DNA of 64,000 nucleotides. Origin: Nageia nagi (lineage: Eukaryota > Plantae > Pinophyta). Position 1 is the stretch's first letter. Each line of letters begins with the position of its first letter. Below the pieces are notes generated by a model. It saw nothing but the letters and a program-made list of their open reading frames with translations, was not told where the DNA came from and made no database searches. A program made the position numbers and the translations under genes. Positions 10,001 to 23,600 of this stretch are shown here, one piece after another. The stretch covers positions 11,718,001 through 11,782,000 of the forward strand of contig JBITNC010000001.1 in NCBI GenBank assembly GCA_050084985.1, given 5' to 3'.

Positions 10001-13000
10001 TAAGTCTCTTGTTGAAAAATAATTTGGCCATTTTATCAAGAAGCTAAGAACTGATAGAGGAAGAGAATTCATTTCAAATGAATTTAAGAACTTCTACCAT
10101 CAACATGGCATTGTTAAACAATATATGACTACCTACACTCCAAGTAGAATGAAGTGGTTGAACAAAAAAATTGGATAGTTGTTGAGATAGCTAGATGCAT
10201 GATTAAAGAAAAGCACCACCCCACTAGTTTTTGGGGTAAAGCAATGTATGCTGCTATTTATATTCTAAATATGTGTCCCACTCAAGTTTTAAAGGACACC
10301 ACCCCTTATAAAGCTTGGTTTGGTGTCCAGCTAAATATTTCTAATCTGTATATATTTGGTTTAACTTATTTTGTGCATGTGCTAAAAGAAAACAAGAAGA
10401 AGCTTGATATGAAATTCATCAAATGTATTTTAGTGGGATTATGTAAAGCATCTAATGTCTATAGATGTTATGATCTAGTAATTGGTAAGATACACATTAG
10501 CAAACATGTGATTTTTAAAGGAGACATAACCAATCAAGAAAATAGTGCTGAAGACAACATTACTGAGTTCTAATTCTATGAATATGGTGAACCTTCTCAC
10601 ACTACTGCACCTCCTCTTCAACCTTCATCACCATATTCACCATCCACCAATCACCATAATAGGCATAACCAAAGTAGTCTCCTTCTGCTCATACTCCACT
10701 AGCCAAGAATAAGTGGACAGGTAATTGCTATCATCCTCCATCATTGATGTTGGATATAGAGCTCAATAAAAGAATGATATAGTCATAAACCAGAGATAGA
10801 ACTTATGCATTAATGGCTTCATTTGTAGAGCCTTCCTCATATACTAAAGCTACTGCTAATGAGGATTGGAATAAAGCCATGGATGATGAGATTGAGCAAA
10901 TCCAAAAGAATGACACCTGGGAGCTTGTACCTTATCCTAAGGAGAAAATGTTAATTGGTGTCAAGTGGATTTATAGATTGAAGCATAATCTTGATGGGAG
11001 CATTACAAAGCATAAAGCCCATCTAGTTGCTAAAGGATATGCCTAGAAGGAAGAGATAGATTATTATGAGACCTTTGCCTTGGTGGCTAGGCTAGAGACT
11101 ATGAGATCTCTGCTTGCACTTGGCTCTCATTTTGGATTGATAGTCTATTAGAAGGATTGCATATACACCTTATTTAATGGATATTTAAAGGAGGGTGTTT
11201 ATGTTAATCAAACTGAAGGATTTATTATTCTTGATCAAGCAAACAAGGTGTATAAACTCATAAAGGATTTCTATGGCCTTAAATAAGCACCTCAGGCATC
11301 GTATGCCTGGATTGATGGTTATCTTCAAAAAAATAGCTATTAAATATGCTCAATAGAAAGCATATTGTACACAAATTTTGAAGGTAGCAACTTCTTTATT
11401 ATGTGCTTGTATGTTGATGATATCATTTTTACTAGCACCTTTGATGCTATGATAGATCAATTTAAGAATGTTATGATTAGTGAATTTGAGATGAGTGATC
11501 TTGGAAAGATGAATTATTTTCTTGGCATATAAATAAAGTAATCCTCCATTGCCATTTTGATTAATCAATCAAAATATGTGGAAGATCTACTAGCTCGTTT
11601 CAAGATGCAAAGATGCAGCATTGTTAATACATCAACTATTATGGAAGCCAAGCCATTGAAGAAAGACTCCTCTTCACATGTTGATGCCACTTTGTAATGA
11701 TCATTAATAGGTAGCCTTATGTATCTCATTGCTACCAAATTGAACATCATGTTTGCTATTAGCAAAGCAGCCAAATTCATGCACTCACTACATCAGATGC
11801 ATTGGATTGTAGCTAAGTAGATTTTGCACTATGTGAGTGGCACACATCAATATGGACTTTGGTATAAATCATTAGATCAGGTAATGTTACAAGCCTATAT
11901 AGATGCTAATTAGGATGAATATCTTGATGATAGAAAGAGTATGTTAGGTATGTATTCTTCTTTGGAGAATCTTTTATCTCATTGAGTAGCAAGAAGCAAA
12001 CCATTATTACACTTTCATCAGTAAAAGATGAGTATATTGCTACCTCTGCCACTTGCACACAAGCCATTTAGCTTGCCCATCTATTTGAATATTTGGGAAT
12101 GGATATTAAGCTCCCCATATTAGTGCACTATGATAATCTTAGCATGATTACCATGACCAAGAACCCTATGTTTCACAGCAAGATAAAGCACATTGATATA
12201 CACCATCACTTTATGAGAGATTTAGTTGAAGATGGTTTTATCCAATTTCATCACTATCTTACTGATGCTCAAATTGTATACATATTTATAAAGCCATTAC
12301 CTAAGGATAATTTTTGCTACCTTTGGAGCCAACTTGAAGTCCAAACCTTAGACATTCAAGGAGCGAATGTTGGTGAATCTTGACTAGCTCAGGATATTGG
12401 TTGGACTTTATATATATTGCATATGTCTTTAACTTTATTTTTTTCTTTGTATTTATATTTTTTGGTAAACAAAGAAAGTGCTCTCATTTTTTCATGGAGA
12501 TTAAGGGGGCAATTGAAAATTTTAATCTCCAGTTCTTAGGCATTATGTCATCCCACACCAAGTATTTCCACTCTCTAGAAATTTTCTCCTACTTGGGGTG
12601 TTGTTGATCTCCATTCTTAGGATCTATATCAGCCTCGAGTCATTGGGCATTATCACCATATCTAATATCTATATCAGCATGGGGGATCTACTTCAATCTC
12701 TAGGTGTTATCAAACCTCATTCTTTAGCATATGGTCACTAGTAGAATTACTTTCTAGAATATGTGAGATATTCCTCTACTCTGGGTGTTAGTTTCTATCG
12801 AGCTCTATCTCATTCTAGGATCTATTTCTCTACATTATTTTCCAGGCTCTGTTGACCCCAGGCTCTATGACTTATTGATCAACTATAGGTTCTATTTATC
12901 TCCAAGCACTACTACCTATGCTTCCAAGATTTATTTTTCATGCATTATTATTACTTTCCAAACTCTAAGATTTAACTACATCTTCTTTGTGACTTCTTTG

Positions 13001-13686
13001 GTGACTTTGGGAGTTACCAAACCTTGGGCTCTATCTTTTTTGAGTAGTAACAAACCCTAGGAACTATTTTTTCCTTCTAAGTTATGGGTAGAGATAACAC
13101 CCATCAATTTTGGTGAGTGATGTCACCATTTTAAAGCCTAGATCTTGGGACTTATTACACTATCACATCCTTCTTGCATTAGAACCAAAATTTACATTGA
13201 AAAAACATCCATATAAGGGATTTCTACCTTGAAATTAAATGCTTAACTATTGACACTAGTTTCTAAACATTGACATTAAACATTTTTGTACAAAAATGGT
13301 TAATCTACCTTCTGCAACCATTTAATGTGTTTCAGACATCATGCATACAAGGGCATGAGCTTCCTCTATTCTCTATAGAAAGGATGACATAATGCATGCA
13401 TGGAGCCATGCTACATTTAATTATATTTTGGCCAAGTAGCACATATGTAATATTTTATTTCTAGTATAAGTGTAGATAGCCTATCTTTAAGCTATAGATG
13501 GAGGAGCAAATTAAATACCCATGTATGTTTTTCTGTTAGATCCAAGAGAGCATTGTAAAAATTTTACATCTCTATAATACAAAAATATTTTGGTCTCCTA
13601 TTTATCTCATTGTTTATTCTACCTATGGTTAGCCTCACTGTGCTTTGGCTATACACATTATTGTTTATTTTTCTTCAAAATCTTCA
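7078..13686 (+). mobile_element. full-length decayed Ty1/Copia element A (LTRs 7078-8269 and 12514-13686)
   Basis: About 1.18-kb direct repeats TGAAAATTTT...AAAATCTTCA; PBS TGGTATTAGAG at 8272; PPT AAGGGGGCAA at about 12503-12512; TSD GAAGA/AAAGA. Confidence 0.92.
8300..12367 (+). pseudogene. Copia A gag-pol (gag, zinc knuckle, protease, integrase, RT, RNase H) with many stops and frameshifts
   Basis: WYIDSGCSNHMT (about 9270), LVHVDLCG and LRTDRGREF (integrase), AMDDEIEQIQKNDTWELV, YVDDII (about 11410), KHIDIHHHFMRDLV (RNase H). Confidence 0.92.
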
Positions 13687-13900
13687 AAAGAGTGACTTGG
13701 ATAAGCTCATATTTCAAAATCATGTTTTCTATTTTCCTTCTCTTGGTAGCTTCCATTGCAAGCATGCAAAGAAGGTACTATGTGTGCTTGATGGCATTAT
13801 TCCACCAAAAAATCTCCATTATTTGAAAGAATAACTCTATCAAGGTGTTTGAGAACCTAAGCATTATCAACTTAGAAGTTGGACTAGGTAAACAATTGGA
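13687..13900 (-). mobile_element. 5' continuation of the same LINE beyond the Copia insertion (5'-truncated)
   Basis: Removing 7078-13691 restores a continuous frame ELIQVTL|RLKSNSFKSPLQSHVFTLHYEIQKVDLYEAKGA. No endonuclease domain is seen further upstream. Confidence 0.7.
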
Positions 13901-16169
13901 AATCAAAACCTATATATGTAATGATTTCATTTTTCAAATAAATGAAAGTAGAATACTTCTCGAATACTAAACTGGATTCATGAAACTCAATTCTAAATAT
14001 TATATTGCTTAGTTTCCCCAAATAGACTACAATAATGCATGATATTATATAAATAATAGGCATTTAAAGTTTTTATCAAATCAATTAGGATTTGAATCAT
14101 CATAACATAGTTTATTTCAATCAAACTATCAAGTAAACTTCAAACCTTTTGGATCTTATAGTGAACTTTTTAGAACTTTATTAAGTCCTTGCTTTATGGC
14201 TAATAAACTTGTTAAAGTGACTAATTTTGGAATATTATAATTAATTTACTTCTAAAATAGAGTAACTAGTTACTTATATGAAGTGATGGATTAATGTGGA
14301 AGAGAGAAATAGAACTTCAATAAATCACTTTATAACCTTGTCGATAAATATTTCATCATAATATTGTGATTCACCCCAAAATTTAACTTAAATTTCATAT
14401 CAAATAAGTTAATATACTGAATTGAATCTTCTTCACCATCATATGGCTTAAATATCTAGGCTCTATATGATGTTTTAGGGCTAATTTATTGTAAATCTTA
14501 TTGCAAATAAGGCTTCTATATTCAATAACTTTAGGACCTTTGGTTGTATCTATTTTACCTTCAAGAGCTTTAAATTTTTATGTCAACTCAACTATATTGA
14601 TTTCCTTTTTATTTCCTTTAGTGATTACCTCTAGGATATTGCAAACAACACCTTCATAAGATTGTTAATAAGATCAAATAAATCTTATAAAATATATGTC
14701 ATTTCCAAAATATTTGAAATACAATATTAGTAGGAATTCAAATGAAAGTATGATATAATGAATTAGGTTCATCCATTTGTATATATTAAAATTTGATTTT
14801 ACAAAACTAATATTATCTATTTAAAATAATTAAATATGAATATATATAGGTAGAATGATGATAATTAGATCTCAAATAATAAATGATAATGAGATATAAA
14901 CCTAATTAAATCTAGATTCAAAATATAACACAAACATGTTTTTCTTACCTTTCAAGGTGAATGATTATAACCTTCGCTTGAATTTTTAACCATAATTATT
15001 TTTTACTAAAATGATGCATCAACATATAGTTTATATGTTTCATGTGATGCCACATGCTCTTTTCTGCATAGCATTATCTAATCTCAAGATTGTTTATACA
15101 ATTATACCACCATAAGGTCAAATCTAACTATGAAAGTGAAAGTACAAACATAGTGATAGTAATAGGGCATCAAATCTAGTTTTGATAGGTGGTGGTGATT
15201 TAACAATCGATAATATTTGATAATTAGAATTATTAAATGTATGTAATATGTACTATTAAGACTTGAATTTCTTAGTTATCTTAACAATATCCTCCTTTTA
15301 TAGATATGCTTCCTTTTTTACTGAGTCACATTACTTAGCACTTCTTAAATTGTGCACTGTAAAAGAAGAAAATATATACTATGGCCAATGTATGTTGGGT
15401 TAAATGTTAGAATAGTCCATCAAATATAACAATAAAATACATTAATTAATTATTTATTCTTGATACCAAAAGTATGATTTTTAATAAATTAAAAATTATA
15501 TTTAGGTATCTACACATCTTAGAATGTTGTGTGCAATATATTTCAATGTCAAAGAGTTCATAGATATGATAAAATTGGAAAAGAAAGAGGCTATTGGTCA
15601 ATTGAACAAATAAAATAAGTTAAAGATAGTAAACCTTTATGAAAGACCAAATAAAATTCAACTAAATTATGTGTTAAAAAGATTAGCTATTAAACTACAA
15701 TAAGTTACATATCAATAATATAAATTTACAATATGTGCATACTGAATTAGCGAGGGGAGTAATTTCTATTATGGCCCTTGTCTTTCATGTATAATTGCAT
15801 GAATTTTCAAACATAAAAAAAAAAAAAACTAAACAATGTGATTTTGAGCTTCCACTCAAGTTAATGAAAATAAATCACCAAATATTTTGTGTACCACAAA
15901 ATTTAGATAGCATCATATATGTTGAACGAAAATGCTTTCTACTGATTACGTTTACAAGCACTTTAAGCTATCAATATGCTTATACATTGTATTGGTGGTC
16001 GTACATAGAAGAAATTATCGTGATTCATAGAGACACTTCCTTTATGGAAAAGGCTATCCAATGACCAAAATGTGACCATATAGCTCTTGCATGTATCAAA
16101 ATCTTGTCATTCAATGGTGTTGCTCTTTTCCATTACATGACGTATTTATATCAATTGAGTTTTGACAAG

Positions 16170-16790
16170 CGATTTTACCGGTGATATCATAATGTGCGTA
16201 TATCACTATGTGTATTACATATGTATATCAAGTATATTATCGGTACCAACCAAATTGCATATTGTATATTATATATTGCATATGTATATCACCTTTAATA
16301 TCTCATGTGTATATTACATATATTTTTGGCCATCTATTTTCCAACGAATGTGATAGCCTATACATATATTATAAATATTACATTCTTATATCAAGTATTT
16401 TCCTGGCTACCCATTTTTTGACAAATATTGTATCTCATATGTTTATCATGTTTCATATCTCATGCATATATCATTATACATATTATGTGTATATATCATA
16501 CTTTTAATCACAAGCGTATATCATTTCTATTTTTGGCAATAATGAATGATAGCCTATTTATCTATCAATTATTTTTCTGATGACCTACTTTTTGACCATT
16601 TTTGTATCTTATGAGTATGTCATATGCATGGCATATTACATGTGAATATCATATTTGTTATCTTGTATGTATATCATATGTGTTATCTCAATGTATATCA
16701 TAGAGTATGTCTCGCACATATATCAAATGCATTACTGACTATTTACTTTCAAGATAAATGATATTATTTTATGGTATATGCATGTAATAT
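16170..16790. repeat. AT-rich low-complexity tract of TATATCAT/ATGT motifs with a degenerate about 165-175 bp periodicity
   Basis: ATATCAAGTAT-like blocks recur at about 16225, 16390 and 16563, and TGATAGCCTAT recurs at about 16351 and 16547. Confidence 0.55.
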
Positions 16791-17377
16791 ATGAATGAAT
16801 ATAATAATTAATTCAATAAAAAAATTTAAGCTTGGATAATTCTTGAGCATTTACATTATATGCACATAATTGTTATGATATATGCACAAGTTATCCTAGA
16901 AAATTTGAAGCGAGACCATTGTGATAGATTCTCTTGTTTGTTTGTCTATTGTTGTTGAACAATATTTCCACCAAGAACCTTTGAATATTATGGAGCAGGG
17001 AGCATTGTTGCAATGTTTGGCTTCTAGTAAGTTATGCATAAACCTTAGGGCATTTTGTGGATGGAACTGTGGATTACATGTTTGAATTTCTCTCGCTACT
17101 AGGGTAAAGTCTTTATGGCTAGGATATCTAAACTTGCCAAGTTGTAAAAAATAATCAATCATAAGATTTAAACTTGTCTAGGAAGCTTATAGTCAGGGAG
17201 ATCATAGATTTATTTTGAAGCTTTTTTGGGAATATAAATTTTACATACATTTTTATTAGGGTTGTTATCAAAATTTTATGAGAAAGATATCCACATCTAA
17301 TTATATTTTCATCATGTATTTTTTTCAAATAAAACCCTTATCATTTTAAATCTCCCTCAAATTATATCTATTAGGGC

Positions 17378-17925
17378 TGATATAGAATCAGTTCGTATCC
17401 TTAGAAATAATGTCCCTTGCAACAATCTTAGATATCGACTTGGTTGCACTATGGTAGTCATCATGTACTTAAAGACTCTTCAATACTCCAATAATAGTTT
17501 AGGTTTTGTGTTTAACAACCTAAATATAATTAATTGCCAACATTTTTCTATGTTGTAAGAGAAGCAATTCTTTTGTCAATGTCCACATTGTACAACAAAG
17601 GTTTAATATTTGGGATATACTCTACTTCCATAAAGTTTGATTTTACACCTAAAAATTAGTTTTATGTAGTCCATAAAACTATGTTTTTATCATGTATCTT
17701 ATCAAATAATACCTTATCCTTGTGTATTCTTTGATATTTTGAATACAAATCTATGAGAACATTCATAACCATAATATTTGATGAAAAATCATTTTTAACT
17801 ATTGTTTGATGGATGTACATACATTCTTCCAAAGTTTCCATGGTGGTGCATGTTGGAATAATATTGATAAGGTTATAGAGTTTTATGACTAACAATTGCA
17901 TCTATTGAAAAGTTCAAGTAGACTG
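17378..17925 (-). pseudogene. PLS-class PPR / DYW-domain RNA-editing factor pseudogene fragment
   Basis: LELFN-MQL.VIK...IIPTCTTMETLEECMYIHQTIVKNDFSSNIMVMNVLIDLYSK..IHK..LFDKIHDKNIVLWT is a PLS repeat run. It is followed by YIPNIKPLLYNVD...VLKSL*VHDDYHSATKSISKIVARDIISKDTN*FY, a degenerate DYW domain (consensus KNLRVCxDCHxATKFISKIVxREIxVRDxNRFH). Confidence 0.82.
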
Positions 17926-18468
17926 ATAATTTGGAGATAGTTATTATACACTTTTGTTTAAAAGTTTATTGATATTTTTCATCTATTCTAATCAAGAAAA
18001 CCACTTTATTTATTAAAAAAGTACCAAGGATAGAGAAACATTTCCAAATCTTTAATGGTTTTTTCAATCTAGCTAGTATGTTCTATCCTGAATTCTTTTT
18101 ATTTAATAAGATTATTCTTATTGTATTATTCTTATTAACTTCTTATTCAATTTTAGAAGTAGAAATTAGATTCAAAACCAATTTTAACAATAGTCATAGG
18201 TAGAAGGATCCTTTATATTGCAATTGTTAGTATATTCATATTCATTTTTGGGCATATAAAATATTTAACATTTTATTATCTAATCTTGTTTAGTTTATAG
18301 TACAGGCTAAAAATCCTGAGATGAGGTTGGCATACCAAGTTGCTAATCCTAGAGAAATTTCCATAGATGGTGTGGAAGGAGAGTGGTCATTTGTGAGGGT
18401 CGTTGGTAAGATAAAATACATATACTACATTCAATGATGTGGTGCATACAATGGATTTATATATGATT

Positions 18469-20652
18469 TGTAAACACCTAAAAATCATTTGTTCACCTGG
18501 CTTAGGAGACTCATGATGATTTGGCATGTCTTATACCTTATAATAATTACATCAGCCTATCAACCCTACATGATAGCTTTTGTGTTATCATTTTTGGTAA
18601 CTTGGCCCTTTATTACCACTTTATCATCCCTAACCCTAATTGACCTATCAGTAAGGCAATCAGTTAGCTAGTTAGGTCTAAAATCCTAACCAACTTATCA
18701 GTTAGCACTTATAAAAATATAAAAGTTAATTTAAAATCATTTCCCTCACTCCCACCCATGACTATCTCACGACTTCTTGCATGCTCAGCCTCCTTTCCAC
18801 TATGTGCATAAAATTTGGTATCTTGGTACACCCCATGTGAGGTCAACTCATCATTATTCAAGGCAAAAAAGGAACTTTTATCCATATCTAAGCTAGAGAA
18901 TCTTCAGTAAACTCATGTGATTTGGATTTTTTTTGGACTAACATTGTTTCAAGTTATTTTGTAGGTCTTAGAGCTCACATAAGTGCATCAAATCATATAC
19001 TTTTGGGTAATTTTTAATCCTTTTATGTATGGTTGTATTTTAACATATTCTAGGCTAGTCTCTTATAGACTTAGGCTAGATTAGTTTAGTTTGTTTTGTT
19101 AAATCACTAGCAAATCATTTTGTGTCCTTTTTAGTTTATGTTAGCTTGCATCATAAGCATTGAGCTATTTTTTGAGTACCTTGTTGACTCGAGGCTTTAG
19201 GGGTTTATACACAAATAAGTTCATCTTTCTTAGCTCTAGGGTCTTAAAAACCTAGAGCTTAGAAACTCCCTTAAATCTTTGTTTTGCATTTCATTTGGGA
19301 GCTTCATAAAGGATAAATATCTTACCCTTCTCTTCACTTTATTTTTTTTATTATTTTTCATATCATTAGCAAATAATCTTTTAGATATTGCAAGTGGGTA
19401 TCTACAAGACCCTTGGCTTCTCACATTTTTGGTATGTTTAGCTAGAGTGGCAAGGTCTTGTGGTCTACTCTACAAAGTGGTAATCACGGTGGGACCTCCC
19501 TTGGTACAAGACTTGCAATATTAGAGCAATTTTTTAATCCCTTTTACTTGATTTTTAGGTGTTGTAGTTGACCCTTTCTTCTTGCTTTTTTGGATAGTTT
19601 CTTACATTGACTCAAGCTAATTTTTTCAAGGAACCTTCCTGACATAGTCACAACCAAACCTTGAAAATACTAAGTTAGGAAACTTAACAAAAAGCTTGCC
19701 AATTTTATGTATACTGATCATTAGAGCCTAGTTGGTTCCTTACAAATCGATTACCTCTTAATCAAATTCTAGATCATCGGTTAGACTTCCAACATTTAGA
19801 TTTATCAATCGATTATGAATTTATCAAGCCCTTTTTATTAGTTGGTCATATCTATACTAGTTAAGTATGTTTTAGGGTTTTAATTAGTTTTAACTTATTT
19901 TCATGCAAGTGTCATACTTTCTAAGCTCTATAACTAGGTGATAGTAGTCCCTTACCAACATTTGTACACCTAGGCTATACACATATTTTATTTAGCATTT
20001 TATACTTAGTTTTTCAAAAATAGTTTTTCAAAAATCTTTGGGTATCATTATGATTGACCAATCGGGTGTTTGACCAATCCATCAATTGATACTACTAACT
20101 GGTTTGTAGTATACCAATTAGGGTTAGAGCTTGTAAAATAGGTATTGCAAGTTACAAGAGCTTAGAATGGGAGCCCCACATAATTATCTCATTTTTTTCA
20201 TGTTTTAGAATATATTTATTTATTTTTGTACATCTTATGATTGTTCCTTTTATTTATTTTCTTCTTACTTTTTAGTGAAAAGAAAAAGTAAAAAGAAAAA
20301 GTAAAAAGAAAAAGAAAAAAATATATTTTATCTTTTACATTAGTGAAAAAAAACATACTTGGGAGGGAGTGTTTCCTTTTGAAAATTATTGTCTTCTTTT
20401 ATTTTGAAAAAAATAAAAATTAAAATCTTGAGTTGATTAGTTTCATTTGCACACATATCATTGTATATCATATTTTCTTTATTTCACTTGCATTAATCTC
20501 ACACAAGCCTAGGATTGAGCCAGGGCATGTGGATTTCATCACCATGGTGTAGCCCACATCCAAGGCCATGATCGAAGTAACCTGAATTGAGCCTTTAAAT
20601 ATAACACACCCCTAGAGATTGAGCCTTTCCTAATAATACTTGACTAGGTTCA
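18469..20652 (+). mobile_element. Tat/Ogre-like Gypsy G1: 5' LTR (18469-19474), PBS (19478-19495) and leader; continues at 27011-27227 and 32028-about 33160
   Basis: Termini TGTAAACACCTAAAAAT...TCTACTCTACA. The following TGGTAATCACGGTGGGAC resembles a tRNA-Arg-type Ogre PBS. A gag-like start MDNEPHTNLIETRAQARA is at 32129. Confidence 0.6.
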
Positions 20653-23600
20653 TGTGATGATCCCAAATCAATGGATCATGCTCAAACATGCCCTAGGAGA
20701 GGGATGTTTACCTTGAAGCTTCAAAAACTACTCAAACAAGTTAAAAAATAGATAAGAAATTCAACATCTTGCTAAAAACACCAAATACCAAAATAAACAT
20801 GTAAAATATCCCCAAAAACTCAACACAATAATAAGGAAGCAATACAAATTTTATACTATGAAAATGGCACTTCGGATCCAATGTTTAAGCACAAGGAGAT
20901 AGATCACAAGATATAGACAAGAAAATGTAATTGTATTGATGTAACAATGGAATAGCATAATTTCAATATATTTTTGTCTACCTAAGAAGCTTGTACCAAT
21001 ACTTCCTCCAATAGGGTTATTTTGGATGGCTCCATGGCCTCACCAATCATAGAAGCGAAAAGGTACAATATAGGACTTTGTATACAACTTTTGTGATGGA
21101 ACCAACAATGTTCCTCTCAATATGGCTAGAGTAAACTTAAGGCTAACCTCATATGACCTCAATACCTCAAATGTAGGTTTCCATACAAATGGTAGAGATA
21201 GAGTTCTCATACTCAATTCAATAAAAAGGGTTTATAATCATTAATCGCATATCTCATAATGACCAAGAGTCCTCCTTTTATAGGTGATGTAGTTTCTCTT
21301 TTATTCTTGTATCAAGTTGATCCAATGATGGAGAGATGTGATCCATGAGCTCATGTTTACAACATCCAAGATGGAGAACCTCAGGACAAGTGTGATCACA
21401 TCCAATGATCTAAGAATACAACATCCAAGAGATGGTGATGTCAATGTACCTTGGGATCAGTTCCATGGGTTCAAATACCCAAGATAGGTGACATGGGGCC
21501 TTATGATGCACAATCTCATATCTTGATAGTCCAATATTCCTCCTCAAACTCAATGTCTAAGTGTGGAGTCTTTCAATGCCTCATAATAGATTCAAATACC
21601 TTAGTATCATGCTCTACCTTTAAAGGGGGAGTAATTTTATTAATGAGATCCATTATGCCAATATTATAATAATCAATGCTAGATATATGAAATGTCCCAT
21701 AATTGGTGACTAATATTGCATTTATAATTAATAGTTAAATTGGTATCATAAATACATCAATATTAGCATAATTATCTAAACTATACCTATCATGCTAAAT
21801 GTAGCCCAACATTATATAATTGGAGTGACTAAGTAATCTCCAAGTGGAACTTACAATAAATGGCTTATTATAATGAAATATTCCTAACTAAATATAAAAC
21901 ACTCCTAGATTAACTAAGTAATCATTGCACATCCTTAGGGATGGATGTCACGCTAAAATGAGAGTAAATCATGAATTCCTAAATGTGCGTAACATGAAAA
22001 AATTGGTTCAATGGGTGAACTTTAAAGTGCCATAACTTCCTTGTTTCTTGACTGAAATAGATCATGTAACCTATCAAAATCATTGGCATGAGGTCTTTTT
22101 TCCATTTATAGTGTTGAAACATCCATTTCTAGCTTGAATAGGATATAACATTCTCAAAATAAAAAATGAATAAAACCTTACAAATTGGGGATATTACAAA
22201 ATAACCCCTCTAAAATTACTTATCCCTAAGCAATGTAAAAATATTTTCCAAGTTGAAAATGTCCCAATTTGTTCTTGTAGGAAATTCTTCACTCTCATGT
22301 TGCACAACCCTGATTACTAATTTATCATGCCATGGTGGTGCTCTAGGTGTTCTTTCTGTCCAAGTGGCCATGGAGCTAGGAGTGGGTATGGATACTAGGA
22401 GAGTTACCCAAACTACTGTTGTTGTATACCTCATTATGAGATCTTTATTATTTAGTTCTATGCATGCCTTTATGCATTACAAATAAGCACATACAAATTC
22501 TATAATTGCATATCTAACTTTATCATAGTGACAAATCCTTATCTTCATGTCCCCTATTCTAACATGCTCCTCTTTATGACTAATTTTACACTCGACAAAC
22601 TTAGGTATTGTTATGTCATCATGTTTCCATTTAGTCACTCTATGTATGTCCCCATCCCTTTGTAATGCAACATTCCCTATACATATATAGTGTAGATGCT
22701 ATCCCAAGTAGGGAATATCTTTTCTACCAATGTTTTTTCTTACTTTCCAACCTTGAAAATTGATGCTCTCTTGTCTTATTTCCTCCTTTCTATAAATTTG
22801 ATGCTCTAGCTTCATGTTTACGATTATTAGTTCTTCCTTATCCTTTTGAGCCTTATCTAGGGATTGAAATAAGTGTTTTTTATTCTCTTTTAGATCCATC
22901 ATTATTTCTATAAATCAAGAATTCCTTCTGGTAACTTCATCCAATTCTTGCTTGATGTTATGGATTGTGGTTTGGAACTAAAGTTTTCTTTCCATGTGTT
23001 TTAACCTTCCTTGAATTTATGAATAAAACCTTCCATTCTTAGTTATGAAATCATGATATTGGGACTTGAGATGATTGAATTTAATTTGATCCTTTTCCTC
23101 ATTTTTCATTTCTAGTAGCTCACATATATTGGCATGCTTCTCTTCTAATGCTTCATTATTATTTTGTACATTTATCAATTCATTTGTATTCTTCAACTTA
23201 CTTCCTTTGGAATGAGTTGGTTGTATTCCTTCTCCTTCCAATAGAGTGCTAATATTTTCTTATTGTACTCCTTCCATAGGATGTTATTTAATAACTTATT
23301 CTTCTTATTGAATCTTGATTTCTTCTAAATTAAGGATATTGTAGCTAAAGTAGCCTCCATCCAATGTTATAGTTTGAAGGACTAATCCATTACCCAAATT
23401 GGAAAACTTAATAGTCGAATTATCTTCTTTCCTTCCTTAGTGTGGGCTACTCTCATGCTCCCTTCAATGGTTTCCTCAATGTATATAGGTGTATCCTCTT
23501 TATAATAAATATTTTGGGACTTAGAGAATGTTTCTTGACCTTCCTATGATGTATCTTATTTAAAGAGATCTTGCAAGGAAGCTAAATATTATTCATAGTC

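Noticed and set aside
16896-17162. 88-aa ORF next to the PPR fragment
   Set aside because: No recognisable motif, and not continuous with the DYW frame.
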